DNA of 64,000 bases from Eledone cirrhosa (taxonomy: Eukaryota): NCBI GenBank assembly GCA_964016885.1, contig OZ024746.1, positions 3,410,001 through 3,474,000 of the forward strand, read 5' to 3'. Position 1 is the stretch's first letter. Each line of letters begins with the position of its first letter. The notes under the pieces were generated by a model. That model saw only the letters and a list, made by a program, of their open reading frames with translations. It did not search any database and was not told the DNA's origin. The translations under genes were made by a program, and so were the position numbers. Positions 1 through 12,079 of the stretch are shown here, piece by piece.

Positions 1-210
1 GGTAGTACTAAAGTTATATAGTAACAGTCCCTGAAATGGTAGTACTAAAGTTATATAGTAACTGTACATGAAATGGTAGTACTAAAGTTATATAGTATCT
101 GTACATGAAATGGTAGTACTAAAGTTATATAGTAACTGTACATGAAATGGTAGTACTAAAGTTATATAGTAACTGTACATGAAATGGTAGTACTAAAGTT
201 ATATAGTAAC
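1..210. repeat. 37-bp minisatellite (ggtagtactaaagttatatagtaactgtacatgaaat), at least 5.5 copies, in an RTCB intron
   Basis: Unit starts at 1, 38, 75...; the array ends about 8 nt from the exon 8 donor. Confidence 0.95.
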
Positions 211-219
211 ATTTCTTAC

Positions 220-395
220 CTGTCTGGTAAGGAATGTCATACTTGTCCGATTGACCCATGCATAGTTTGCTGCAGCAGCCATACTTTTTAGGTAGTCTTG
301 ACCTTCTTGAGAGTTGATATGTGCACAGGCAAGTTGACGGTCATTTACTTCAATCTTGTCTCGCTTCATTGCTTTCTCCATGGCAACTAAAGCAT
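220..395 (-). CDS. RTCB: RTCB coding exon 8 ([13 protein letters not shown]...SMTFLTRQ); gene continues beyond the left edge
   Basis: 176 nt, donor GTAAGA at 219. The C-terminal exons, including the guanylated His, are outside the window. Confidence 0.96.
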
Positions 396-504
396 CTACG
401 AAAGAGAAAAAATACATACATTAGTTTCTTTACATTATTACTTCACCCTAAGCTGGTGGATTGGCAGCATCGTGATGAAAGAGTGGTGATGATGATGTAC
501 TCAC

Positions 505-664
505 CTGTGGCAACTTGGTGGCCCATTCCACGACTACCACTATGAATCATAACACACACCTGTCCTGTGTGATCAATCCCCATCTTTCTGGCAGCATAGT
601 CATCAAATATTTCATCAACAACCTGAACTTCAGCATAATGATTGCCTGCACCAAGGGTTCCTAA
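505..664 (-). CDS. RTCB: RTCB coding exon 7 ([14 protein letters not shown]...[15 protein letters not shown])
   Basis: 160 nt; GNHY and HSGSRG active-site motifs. Confidence 0.97.
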
Positions 665-1461
665 CTGGAAATATGAAGAAAAAGACCTTTTGTTTTGTAA
701 GAGTGTTTGGAGATTGACAGAATTGTCAGGGTATCAGAGAACATTCTAAACAGTCTTGATAACCAACAGTTCATTTATTGAATAAATGAAGTATTTAATA
801 ATTTATTGCAGTTTAAACTATTTATATTTATAAGCTAAAATATACTTTTTTTAATACAGGTTTTTACTTTGTACATGATGTGCAATACAAGTGAAATAGT
901 CTACAAATCACTGCTGTAGAGAATTGAACTTAAATGCCTTAAATTATTTACTTGTAGTTGTTTAGAACCTAAGTATTCCAAATATGACCATCCCATCTTT
1001 TTTTCAGGCAAATAACTTCATGACAGATTTTGAATATTACAAATATTACCAAAGAATGAAGAATCTGAAGATTCTGATAGACTGTAGAAGAGTTATAGAG
1101 AAACCTTAGAATGTTGACAGCCTGAAGATGGAGGTGGTGGCAGATGAGAACATGAAACTGAGACAGAAAAATATGAAGAGAAGAAAAGTTTAAAACTGTA
1201 AACATGTTTGGTGCTAGGAAGAGCATCCAGCTGTAAAAAAAACCCAGTCAAAATGCAGTTCTGTTTGAGCAAGGTATGGCACGACCAACTGGCCAGACTT
1301 GTATCACAATGTGGACGACTCATCTAACCCATGGAAAAATAGACGTTAAATGATGATGATGATATAGAGAAGATAAACAAATGAAGTGGTAGAAGTAATA
1401 GTTTGCTTGTTGTACTAAGACACTAATAGTACTTTTGTAGCTTATTTCAGAGATTCTTTAC

Positions 1462-1568
1462 CTGGGGAAGTCCTCTTTTTTTGGCTCGGCTACTAACTTT
1501 AGAAGGATCAGCCTGTAACATGCGCCCATATTCTTCACAATGCTCTTTGTCTTCAGCCCAAGAGTAAC
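1462..1568 (-). CDS. RTCB: RTCB coding exon 6 ([35 protein letters not shown])
   Basis: 107 nt, AG/GT bounded; near-identical to the vertebrate RTCB sequence as I recall it. Confidence 0.96.
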
Positions 1569-1661
1569 CTAAGGAGAATAAATACATACTAACAATCATT
1601 CCAGATTACATGCAAGTTCTATATTAAAAGTTGTTGATAATAATTACAATTTGTGGTAGCA

Positions 1662-2021
1662 GATGCAGGTGTGAATGGCCTGACCTGCAACTGCCACCAC
1701 TGAGAAAAACATCTTGTTCACCAGATGGTGATGGATGCAGGTGTGAATGGCCTGACTTGCAACTGCCACCACTGAGAAAAACATCTTGTTCACCAGATGG
1801 TGATGGATGCAGGTGTGAATGGCCTGACCTGCAACTGCCACCACTGAGAAAAACATCTTGTTCACCAGATGGTGATGGATGCAGGTGTGAATGGCCTGAC
1901 CTGCAACTGCCACCACTGAGAAAAACATCTTGTTCACCAGATGGTGATGGATGCAGGTGTGAATGGCCTGACCTGCAACTGCCACCACTGAGAAAAACAT
2001 CTTGTTCACCAGATGGTGATG
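1662..2021 (+). repeat. 72-bp tandem repeat x5 derived from mariner transposase sequence
   Basis: Units start at 1662, 1734, 1806, 1878, 1950; each encodes PATATTEKNI..VHQMVM-like sequence that continues into the mariner remnant. Confidence 0.93.
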
Positions 2022-2400
2022 GATGAAAGGCGATTGACTATAAATCAAATAGCCAATGCTATTAGCATATCCTGTGAGAGTTGAGAATATTCTGCACAAT
2101 GAACTTGGCATGATGAAAATTTCTGCTTGGTGGCTGCCATGTCTTCTGACAAAAAGCACACCAGGCTGATCACATCAAGGGAAAAATCTGACATTGTTTG
2201 AAGCAGATCCAGCTGGTTTCTTTGAATTTTTCCTAACACAGGGTGTGTTGGGTTCATCACTTTGAGCCAAAGACAAAGTGACAATCCATGCAGCAAAGGG
2301 ATGCAAAAGGCATTGTGTTTATTGACTTTTTCAAAAGGGCCACACCTGATCCAGTTGGGTTAAAGCAAAAAGTACATGGCTGCAAAGTGATGTTAACAAC
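1680..2400 (+). mobile_element. Degenerate mariner transposase fragment
   Basis: Frameshifted translation gives MDERRLTINQIANAISIS, ENILHNELGM.KISA.W.P.LL (WVPxxL motif), LTLFEADPAGF, WVHHFEP.TK.QSMQ, AKGIVFIDF.QKGHT. Confidence 0.85.
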
Positions 2401-2411
2401 AGCTGGCCATT

Positions 2412-2680
2412 TTAACCATTTTGATATCAATACACACTAAACAACCTCTGGTTCTATGAACAAAATCACCTATTTTAAAGAGTTTCAATTTGAATTAAAA
2501 CCTTCTCATAATTTTAATAAATCCTTCAAAATCCTTCATCAATTCCAACAGAGTGTATTTAATTTGAAATATAGTCACAAAAGAAAAAAAAATCACATAT
2601 TTTTTTTTTAAATCCAGACAAAATCAAAATATTCTAAGTATAAAGAAAAACATGTAAAACCACAGCAAAGAAAGGGTTAA
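2412..2680. mobile_element. piggyBac-like MITE, family B (also ~47697-47926, ~59500-59841, partial ~40800-41037)
   Basis: Ends resemble TTAA|CCCTTT ... AAAGGG|TTAA; the AT-rich body is shared between copies. Confidence 0.6.
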
Positions 2681-2719
2681 AATCTAGGTACACACATGAA
2701 GAAATGTAAAATAACTTAC

Positions 2720-2769
2720 CCTCTCTCAGTGACCAATCCATACCCATTTCTAAAGCTTCTTCCAAAGCT
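2720..2769 (-). CDS. RTCB: RTCB coding exon 5 (ALEEALEMGMDWSLRE-G)
   Basis: 50 nt, AG/GT bounded, frame consistent with exons 4 and 6. Confidence 0.95.
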
Positions 2770-3197
2770 CTAAAATTAAACAAAACACAAAAATAAAACC
2801 AATATCATCTGAAAACATTTCATGAAAATAACAATCACCATGTTGACACATCATATAGAGCTTTCCCGAACTTATATTTAACAGGAAGGTCCTTTAACTT
2901 ACATACCACCTCCATCTAGATTTTCCTGCACTTCTTGTTCTGTTTTGCACTTATTCTGATGTCAGTAATAATTAACTTATGTTGGGTGGTGCATTTTTCT
3001 CTGGAGAGGGACTTAATATTCATAATCATTTATTTATGTCTGCACTGATATATAAAATCACATAATACCTCTACACAATCTTTTCAATTACAATTTCAAT
3101 GTCTTATTCAAAGTATTTATGACAATCATCTGAAACACATCCACATTTCTAACATGAATAAAAATATTGTGTTTAAATAGTTTTTAAATAAACTTAC

Positions 3198-3405
3198 TGA
3201 GCATTCATTGGGATGATTCCCTTTGAACCAACACCAACTGGAATATGGTTAAACATACACTGACATAGCTGTTCCTTGATAGGAGTGACATCTTTTTCAT
3301 CCAAATTGGTTCGCAACAAACGCACACCACAGTTTATATCAAAGCCCACCCCACCAGGGGATACTACAGCTTTTGGGTTACTCATGTCAAACGCAGCCAT
3401 ATTTC
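3198..3405 (-). CDS. RTCB: RTCB coding exon 4 (NMAAFD...[13 protein letters not shown]...IPMNA)
   Basis: 208 nt, phases fit both neighbours; contains the metal-binding DINCG motif. Confidence 0.97.
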
Positions 3406-4198
3406 CTGAAGTTAAGAACAAAATATTATTTCTGATTTAGGCACAAAGGCAGCACGTTCGGAGGAAGAGCAAAATTGATTAAATCAACCCCAGTACTTGA
3501 CTGGTACTTTATTTTATGGTCCACGGACAGAAGGACAAAAAGCAAAACTCAACTCGAAAAATATTTAAAAAATAGAAGAAATCCCCTGTCAGAACATCTT
3601 ATAATTTTCAGTAAAGAATACTGTTTTTATTAATTGAATATTAAGGCATACATCATATTTACATAGTAATCACCATTCCATGGCAACAAATATATATTTG
3701 TGTTTGTGAGAAAGGGAATGTTTCTGGATACATATCCAGGAATATATTACATCATGTGATCTAATGCCAGGCTACCAAAATGTGAGAAACCATTGTAAAA
3801 TCAAGATTTCATATAAGAAAATATAAAATGGCATTCATAACATTATTTTTATCTAATAACTAGTGTTCATCATGTATAATAATTTCCTTCAAAACTTATG
3901 GAGTCTCAGTTGATTGAAGTCTTTATGGCTGGATGTCCTTCCTGGTGCCAACCCCTTTACAGAGTGTACTGGGTGTATTTTATTGTGGCACTAGCACTAG
4001 GGAGCTCGTTATGTTCTCAGTAAAGGTGAGTTAACTCTGCAAAGAATTAACATCTCATCAAAGAAGGAGTATTGTACACTTAGTCACTGTCTCATAATTT
4101 CTGGCCTGATGAGTTGCTAAGCTTGAGAAACACACCAACTTTCACTGTGTCTATTAAAAGACAAGATATAATTAAAAGAAAAAAATATATAAACTTAC

Positions 4199-4247
4199 CT
4201 ATAGCAAACCCATAGCCTGAATGAACGTCTGGTAATCCAATAGATTT
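4199..4247 (-). CDS. RTCB: RTCB coding exon 3 (KSIGLPDVHSGYGFAI-G)
   Basis: 49 nt, AG/GT bounded; conserved PDxHxGYGFxIG motif. Not in the ORF track. Confidence 0.96.
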
Positions 4248-5008
4248 CTGGAATTAAGAAAACCATTCTAAGTTCAGATCATTTAAATCATCCTCCAAAA
4301 TATATTTGCTGGGAGCTTCTAAGTGGATACTCGACCAGCAAGAAATAGTAGCCAAATCTCTCTCAAATCAGATCCTACCATCTAGCAAAAAAGGATATGT
4401 TGGATAATGTGGTCCTGAGTTTCTTGCAAATAGGAAAGAGATGGGATGGTCATGGTTGAGATGTCTTTGATTATATGTCTACTAGATAAAGGCTGATCTG
4501 GGACTAAACAAACCTATTTATACCTGAACAGAACTGTTGCCACTCTAAGGAATGGTATGTCGTACTGAAACTACTACATATAAATAATACTGACACAAAC
4601 CAACAAGGATCCTCTATGATGTCACTTGACCTGTTAAAAATAGCAACCGAATCTTTCCCAAAATATACCCTTATCTTAAAAAAAAAGACAAAGACACATT
4701 GGATAATGTGCTCTAGGGATCCTGCTCACAGGAGAAAAGTAAGACGGTCACAGCTGGAAAGTCCTTGATGACAAGGTTGCCTTAACATCATGGAAGAGTC
4801 ATTTATACGGCCAGAATTCTCTCACCTCATTCTGTTCAAACCAGCCATAACTGGTTGCTCATACCAACGTTAAGGTATTGTTCTCAAAATAAATGATAAC
4901 ATCATCAAAATCTCATAGATTAGAGATTATGTGAGATAAAGTCTTTGCTGTGAATATACAATAGTAAATATAGAGTAATGTAAATGGTAAAGGGTTAAAT
5001 CGCATCAT

Positions 5009-5132
5009 GGTCAACTTTGTCTTTCATCCTTCTGGGGTCGATTGAATAAATTAACAGTCAAGTATTGGGGTTCATTTAATCAACTTGGCCTTTCCCTAAA
5101 TTTTCTTGCTTTGTGCCTAAATTAGAAATCAA
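5009..5132 (+). mobile_element. tRNA-derived SINE, 5'-truncated, diverged
   Basis: Carries the ggtcaactttgtctttcatccttctggggtcgat core shared with the full copy at 12843. Confidence 0.75.
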
Positions 5133-5137
5133 TATAA

Positions 5138-5592
5138 TAATTGTTTCTACTTTTGGCACAAGGCAAGCAATTACCCCAGTACGTTACTGGTACTTTATTT
5201 TATCGACCCCCGTAAGGATGAAAGGCAAAGTTAACCTCGGCAGGATTTGAACTCAGACCATAACTCTATACTGCAAAGCATGGCGTCCGAACCTCTACCG
5301 ATACTGCCAATCCACTGCCCTTCAATATAATAATAATAATGACTTTTGATTTAGGCAGAAGGCCAACCATTTTGGTGGGAGAGGAAGGTTGATTAAATCA
5401 ACACCAGTACATTACTGGTACTTTATTTTATTGAGCCCGCAAGGATGAAAGAGATTTCAACTCAGAACATAGGTGTTTGAAGCTCTACCGATTCTGTCAA
5501 TCTACTGTCCTTATGATAATAATAATTCTTTCTACTTTTGACACAAGGCCAGCAATTACCCCAGTGTATTACTGGTACTTTATTTTATCGAC
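5138..5592 (-). mobile_element. Cluster of 2-3 tRNA-derived SINE copies (5138-5322, 5340-5510, 5520-5592)
   Basis: Reverse complements of the 12843-13021 SINE. Confidence 0.85.
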
Positions 5593-5622
5593 TAATAATA
5601 AAAATGAAGTGATATTGTTTAC

Positions 5623-5769
5623 CTGTATAATTCCAGGAAGTGCAGCAACATTACCAATTTGTTTAACTGCAGGTAAAAAGCCACCAAAACCACGATTATT
5701 ACAAGACTGTTTCAATTCATCAAACATTAGTTTCTCCAAGTGATCATTCACATAAAATAATCCCTCCAC
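5623..5769 (-). CDS. RTCB: RTCB coding exon 2 (VEGLFYVND...[10 protein letters not shown])
   Basis: 147 nt, AG/GT bounded, phase 0-0; [17 protein letters not shown] motif of RTCB. Confidence 0.96.
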
Positions 5770-6820
5770 CTGCAAGTGTAGAACATTTAAGAAAATTTAA
5801 TGGTTTATTATAAAGTGTAAAATTAACATCATCGTTTTATGTCTATTTTCCATACTTGCACGGACAAGAAAGGTTGTCACATCCTGAGGCTCGTCATGTC
5901 AGCTGACTGTCTCTTACTCTATGTTCCATTTTGGTATGGTTTCTACAGCTGTATGCCTTTCCTAATGCCAACCACTTCATGCTGTGTACCAGGTTTGTTT
6001 TCTTGTGGCACCATCACTACTACCTATCAGGGTGGACTAGGTGCTTTTTGCATGGCTCCAGTATTATCACCTAACAAAGTGGGTTGGGTGCATTTTATTT
6101 TATCACCAGCACTACCATACATAGATAAACCTATTATATTTTTGCCAGTTGTTTCAAAGAGGGGAGAAAAGGAAGAAAAAATGCAAATGAGAATTATAAT
6201 TCCTTCTTTAAAATGGGTGGTTTTATTTCATAGAAGCAGAGTTGGTTTTGGCTGGGTTGGTAACTAAAGGGTTAAATAAGGTATTGAGTTTCACATCAAA
6301 TTTGCAGGACATATGTTGAAGCAGTGTCATTGCAAAACAAAGATGTGAAACAGATAGACATGTATATAGTTCCCATCTACCATTCACAAGGCATTGGTGA
6401 GCCAGAGGCTAAAGTAAAAGATACTTGCCCAAGGTGCCACATGGTTGGATAAAACTTGAAACCACAAGGTTACAAAGCTAACTTTTTAACCACACAGCCA
6501 CATCTGAACCTCTTATTTAAATTAAATAAACAAATATTTGAAAGTTAGCTGCTGTATGTAGTAATTAATCTCCATTAATACGCAAGTAGCTGAGCCTTCC
6601 ACAAACATGTACTCTTAGTGTAGTTCTCAGGGAGATTCAGTATGATATAGGGTGTGACGAGGCTGGCCTTTTCAATTACAGATACAATTAATTATTGCTG
6701 AGTGAAATAAAGTATCTTGCTGAAGGACATAACATACTGCCAGGAATTGAATTTATTACTCTGATTGTGAACCAAACACCCTAACCACTAAGTCATATAA
6801 CTTCACACTTATATACTCAC

Positions 6821-6910
6821 ATTCATATTAGCAACAAAACCTTTCTTGATTTTCCAGCTGCGTTGTGTAACCTTCTCCAGATATTTGAGTTCTTCATTGT
6901 AGGTCCTCAT
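6821..6910 (-). CDS. RTCB: RTCB coding exon 1 (MRTYNEELKYLEKVTQRSWKIKKGFVANMN)
   Basis: Manual translation matches the metazoan RTCB N-terminus. ATG at 6910 in accATG context, donor GTGAGT at 6820. An acceptor (tctttctacag) at 6930 implies an upstream non-coding exon. Confidence 0.95.
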
Positions 6911-6999
6911 GGTTGTAAGTAGTGAGAAACTGTAGAAAGAGAAAACATCATTAAATTGTTCACAATTTATGTAGGTTTTATGTTATTGGCTTCATTTAT

Positions 7000-7213
7000 T
7001 TAACCTTTTAGCATTTAAACTGGCCATATCCGGCCAGAATTCTCACAACTCTTTCTGTTAAAACTGGCTGTAACCAGCTGCTCATACTGATGTTAAGGTA
7101 TTGTTCTCAAATTAAATAATATCAAAATATCAAAAATTCAATATTATGTGAGATAATTACATGAGATAAAGCCTTTACTGTGAAAATATAATATAATGTA
7201 AATGGTAAAGGGG
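7000..7213. mobile_element. piggyBac-like MITE, family A (also ~4805-4998 and, inverted, ~23442-23668)
   Basis: ttaacc(c)tttagcatttaaac ... gtaaatggtaaaggg(ttaa) terminal inverted repeats with TTAA ends; three clearly alignable copies. Confidence 0.75.
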
Positions 7214-7614
7214 AATAAAAATTCATACAAGGTGTGTAAAACTTTGTATGGTTTTTAAAGGTTGTTTTATGTTCTTTAATTTCATAATCAGCCAGAGCAC
7301 AAAACACAAACAGCTAGAAACATCAATAAAGTTTAGGACCAAGGAAGTATCACTAGATCCTCTTGCATGACAACATTGACCACACAACCAGTGCTCCAGA
7401 AGTGGAACAAATTGGGCTACAAAACTCTGCTTCATCCAACATGCTGTATCTTTCACCAACAGACTATCACTTTTTTAAGCATTTTCACAAGGAAAAGTTT
7501 ATATGAGTATGAAAGATTTGGTCATTACTTTAATTCTTCTTACATTCTTAAGATATGGTCAACATTGGGCCTTGAAACCTTAGGTAGCGCTTGTGTTCCG
7601 TGTATGAACATAAA

Positions 7615-10600
7615 TAATCATCATCGTTTAACATCTATCATCCTTGCTAGCATGGGTTTAGATGGGAATTGTCCCACTTGAGGCAAGATTGGTTGTCTTG
7701 CTCGTATAGGACTGCCTGGCAGGTTTTCTACGGCTGGATGCCCTTCCTAACACCAACCACGTTTACAGTGTGGACTGGGAGGTTTTTACCGTGTTACCTA
7801 CATGGCCACATTACAGCGTGGACTGTGTGTTTTTTTTGTCGTGACACCTACACAACCTCATTTGTTTCGGACTGGATGTTGTGGTACCAACATAACTTCA
7901 CATTGAAGGGGGTGGTAGTGGGACAGGGGTGTATTTTTGTTAGAGGTACCTACTGACTGTAGGTTTTTTCGCTTTGTACTTAGGCAAGCGGGTCTTCTGT
8001 ATTACTGTGTAGCGCCAAAGATCTCGGTCCAGTAACATTGTCTTGGAGAGGTGTAAGTGTATGAGGTCGGAATTTATCAAGTCGTCCCAAGTTTTTCTGG
8101 GTCTGCCAACTCCGTGGCTACCGTCTATTTTTATCGCCCTGCACTTTTTTATACAGCTGTTGTCTTTCATGCGCATCATGTGACCGTACCAACGTAGTCT
8201 TCTCTCGAGTAAACAACATCTGATCCCTCTTATTCCTAATTTCTCCCTTAGTTTATGTTTTGCCGTTCACGTATATTACTATTACACATCCAACGGAGCA
8301 TGCAACCTTCGTTCCTCTCCAGTCTGCGTATATCCTCTGCACACAATGCCCAGGTCTCACTGCCATGTAACATTGCTGTTCGTATGCAGGCATCATACAG
8401 CCTGCCTTTCATTTTTAGAGAGAACCCTTTAGTGGCCAATAGTGGTATAAGCTCTCTGAACTTTTTCCATCCCGTTCTGACTCTAGCTACTGTACTTTCA
8501 GAGCACCCTCCCCCACTGCTGATTTTGTCACCCAAGTAACGGAAGGTGTCCACTATTTCTATAGAACCATCTGTGCAATGGAATGAGCTAGTATTCTGTG
8601 GGCACTTGCTGCTACTTATTACACCAGAGCACTGGCCACATATAAAATCTATATTCTTAGTTAGCTTACCTGTGATCCCACTACATCTTTTATGCACTCA
8701 TACTTTGCATTTGGGACATAAAATGGAGTTTCTGCCTACTCCTTTCCTACACACTGAGCATGGCCATTACCCAGATGGGACCGGTGCCCTATTTTCCTTC
8801 CTACAAACTAGAACTTTAGTCTTAGACAAGTTAACTTTAAGGCCTTTTGATTCTAGGCCATGCTTCCATGTTTCGAATTTCTTCTCTAGTTCAGCCATTG
8901 ATTCACTTATGAGCGTTAGATCATCTGCATATAGGAGTTCCCATGGGCAGCCGGTCTTGAACTCCTCTGTTATAGCCTGAACGGCAATAATAAATAGAAA
9001 GGGGCTAAGAACGGAGCCCTGATGAACACCAACTTTTACGCTAAACTCTTCACTATATTCGTTGTTAATTCTAACCTTGCTGACTGTTTCTTTATACATG
9101 GCTTGTATAGCCCTCACAAGCCATTCATCAACACCTAGTTTTCTAAGGGCCCACCAGATAATGGAGTGGGGGACTTTGTCAAAGGCTTTCTCCAAGTCAA
9201 CAAAAGCTAAGTATAGGAGTTTACTTTTAGCTAGGTACTTCTCCTGTAGTTGTTGTACAATGAAAAGAGCGTCTGTGGTACTTTTACCCGACACAAACCC
9301 GAACTGCATTTCATCTAGATCAATTCTCTCTCTGATTAGTTGCACTATTACCTTTTCTGTGACCTTCATGACCTGGTCGATTAATTTAATGCCTCTATAG
9401 TTACCCCTATCTAGGGCATCTCCTTTACCCTTGTAGCAGTTAATGATGATGCTGCTATGCCAGTCCTTCGGAACAACCCCATTCTGTATGACTTGGTTTA
9501 CTATCCGGGTGACCATAGTGTGTCCCACCATTCCAGATGCTTTCAGCATTTCAGCAACTATTTCCGAAGGCCCAGCCGCCTTACCCGTCTTCATATCTTT
9601 GATTGCCTTACTTATTATACTACCTTCAACTAGCACTGCTGGTCCCTCTATTGGATCGATGTGGGGGAGACTGTCTTTCTCCTCATTTAGTAGCCTTTCG
9701 TAGTGACACTTCCAAGCTACCTTCTTATCAGCGTCAGTGATGGCAAGTACACCATCATCATTAAGGACACACTTCTCCCCGACAATATCACGGTTTTCCT
9801 TGACACATTGCCTAGCAATCCTGAACACCTCACGTTGTAGAACATGCTTGAACTTTCTTTCCTCTGCTTCCCTTCTTGTGAAGTACACTTGTCTCCTAGC
9901 TTCCCTCCTGGCCACTTGATAATCTTCTCTACTTCCTCCATCCTGCCATACTTTCCAAGCCTGCTATTTGGCCTTAATTGACTCCTCCACCACCACGTTA
10001 CTCTCCTCCTGCCTATAGGCCTGCTCCAGCCACAGACTTCATCTGCTGCCATCAGCAGGTTAGCTTTCAGGAATTCCCACTGTTCCTCTATATTGTATGA
10101 CTCTAATTGCTCTTCCTTACTGTCGAAAGCATCAAGTAATATGCTTTTAAATTTATTACTGGCTGTGGGGTCCTTTAACTTCCATATTTTTCTCCTGAGG
10201 ATAGTCCTCCTCTGTTGTCGAGTACGTCTTGTCCTGACTATGAGTCTATGTTGGGAGGTGCATTCTTCATGGGGGAGGGATTTAGTGTTTAGAACAGACA
10301 CTCTATCACGTCTTCTGGTAAGGATATAATCTATCTGACTGGTGTGTTCCCCTGATCTATAGGTGATCAAATGATTGTCTCATTTTTTGAAGTTAGTGTT
10401 ACAGATAGTTAGGTTATTTGCGTCACAGAATTCCAGGATTCTGGAGCCTTCCTCATTTTTAGTACCAAACCCATAGCCTCCATGGATTCCGTCATAGCCG
10501 TCACAATGTTGTCCAACAGTAATTTAGGTCGCCAGCAGTAATTATGTAGTCACTGTCGGTTATTTGGGAGGTAGCGAGCATCAATGTCTCATAGAATCTG

Positions 10601-11190
10601 TCTTTTATAGTGCCGGGCAGTCCGGATTGGGGTGCATACGCAGATATTACTGTCACAGTAGTTCTATTTAAGACAAGTCTTATTTTAATTATTCTGTCGT
10701 TCACTCTATTTACGTCTATTATCTTATCTACCCATTTTTCTGCTAACATGATTCCTACCCCACCCAGAAAAGCTTATAGCATCGTTTTTTACCCACAATG
10801 ACTCTAGCAGACCCACCCCTCCACCTGGATACAGCAAACATCAACCTCCTTACATTCAAGCATTTCTACAACCTAGTTAGAGCGACTTTTTAAGGTGCCT
10901 ACATTCATGGTACCAACTCTGAAGTTTTGGATTGCGTTTGGTGGGTGGGAACGGTGGGGCGCGGGGAGGGGTGAGGGGGATGGGGTTGGGGTTATGTTGG
11001 CCATCCGTGGCTGAAACAAAGAGGGGGAGTCCTTGTCTTTTCGTCCGGCAGCATGAGGTGAATTTGTCCTTATCTTTGGCATTATCACTGAGTGTCCAGA
11101 TTTTTCAGACTCTCCAGAATTCCTTAGTCCATCCATCATATCGAAAAGCAACCAGAAGTGATAGCATAGGGCGCTGATTTATGATTGGTC
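7615..11190 (-). mobile_element. Near full-length RTE-clade LINE (AP endonuclease + reverse transcriptase) with a disrupted ORF
   Basis: APE motifs GTMNVGTL, VISAYAPQ, AGDLN, SQIDYIL; RT motifs NYRGIKL, QFGF, AFVDLEKAFD, GVHQGSVLSP, LLYADDL; C-terminal WYGHMMRM and GRPRKTW; 3'UTR ends in (GAT)n. Stop at 8767 and several frameshifts. Confidence 0.95.
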
Positions 11191-11197
11191 CTAATAA

Positions 11198-11382
11198 TAA
11201 TTGTTTCTACTTTTTGGCACAAGGCCAGCAATTATCCCAGTACATTACTGGTACTTTATTTTATCGACCCCGTAAGGATGAAAGGCAAAGTTAACCTCGG
11301 CGGGATTTTAACTCAGAATGGCAAGGGCCGTAACTCTATGCGTCAAAGCATGGCGTCCGACCCTCTACCGATACTGCCAATT
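11198..11382 (-). mobile_element. tRNA-derived SINE
   Basis: Nearly identical to 14412-14592 and to the reverse complement of 12843-13021. Confidence 0.9.
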
Positions 11383-12079
11383 CCTAATAATAATGGTGGA
11401 GAGTGGGGGCGGGTGGGAGGGGTATGGGGTAGTTAGCAAGAGGGTTTGAATAAAATCTTCGAATTTTGGGCATAATTGGACAAGTCTATAACAGTAATAA
11501 GCGAATAATGGGATTTTAAAATACAAGAAGATTATTAGAACAACCAGGCATAATTATAGAATAGCATTGAGAGAGAGCAAAAGATTGGATTCTGGGCGAT
11601 GATACGGATATATGAATGAATGGACCGAGAGGCTGGAGAGACAAGAAAAAAATGGTATTTTACATTACATTTCGCAGAGGTGGGGGGTGGAGGCAGCAGG
11701 TCTGACCATTAATAAGCGTTGACAAATTCTGAGATTCGTACCTCGTAACAAGTTTATTTATATTTGGTGAGAGAAGGGAGTGATTGAAAGGGTGAACTAG
11801 CGGGCGCGTATACGATATAGGGGGGGGGGGTAGTAAAGATTAAGAGGGACAAGGAGGCCATTTTATAAATCCTAGAATTTTCGGCCAAAATTAAACAAAA
11901 CGAGATTGTTATTTTAGAAAAACAAATGGGGCATTTTACGAGAGGGTTTAAATAAAATCTTCGAATTTTGGGCATAATTGGACAAGCATATAACAGTAAT
12001 TAAATAGCTCTGTACTATATATAGAGCACTCTTTTTTCCTTTACCTTTTCTACGGAAATACTTCACATATATATATACT

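Noticed and set aside
1631-2159. Repetitive ORFs of 131 and 171 aa
   Set aside because: Products of the 72-bp repeat inside an RTCB intron.
4101-4140. CTGATGA...GAAA possible hammerhead
   Set aside because: Stem II does not pair and there is no UH site after stem III; at best a heavily decayed relic.
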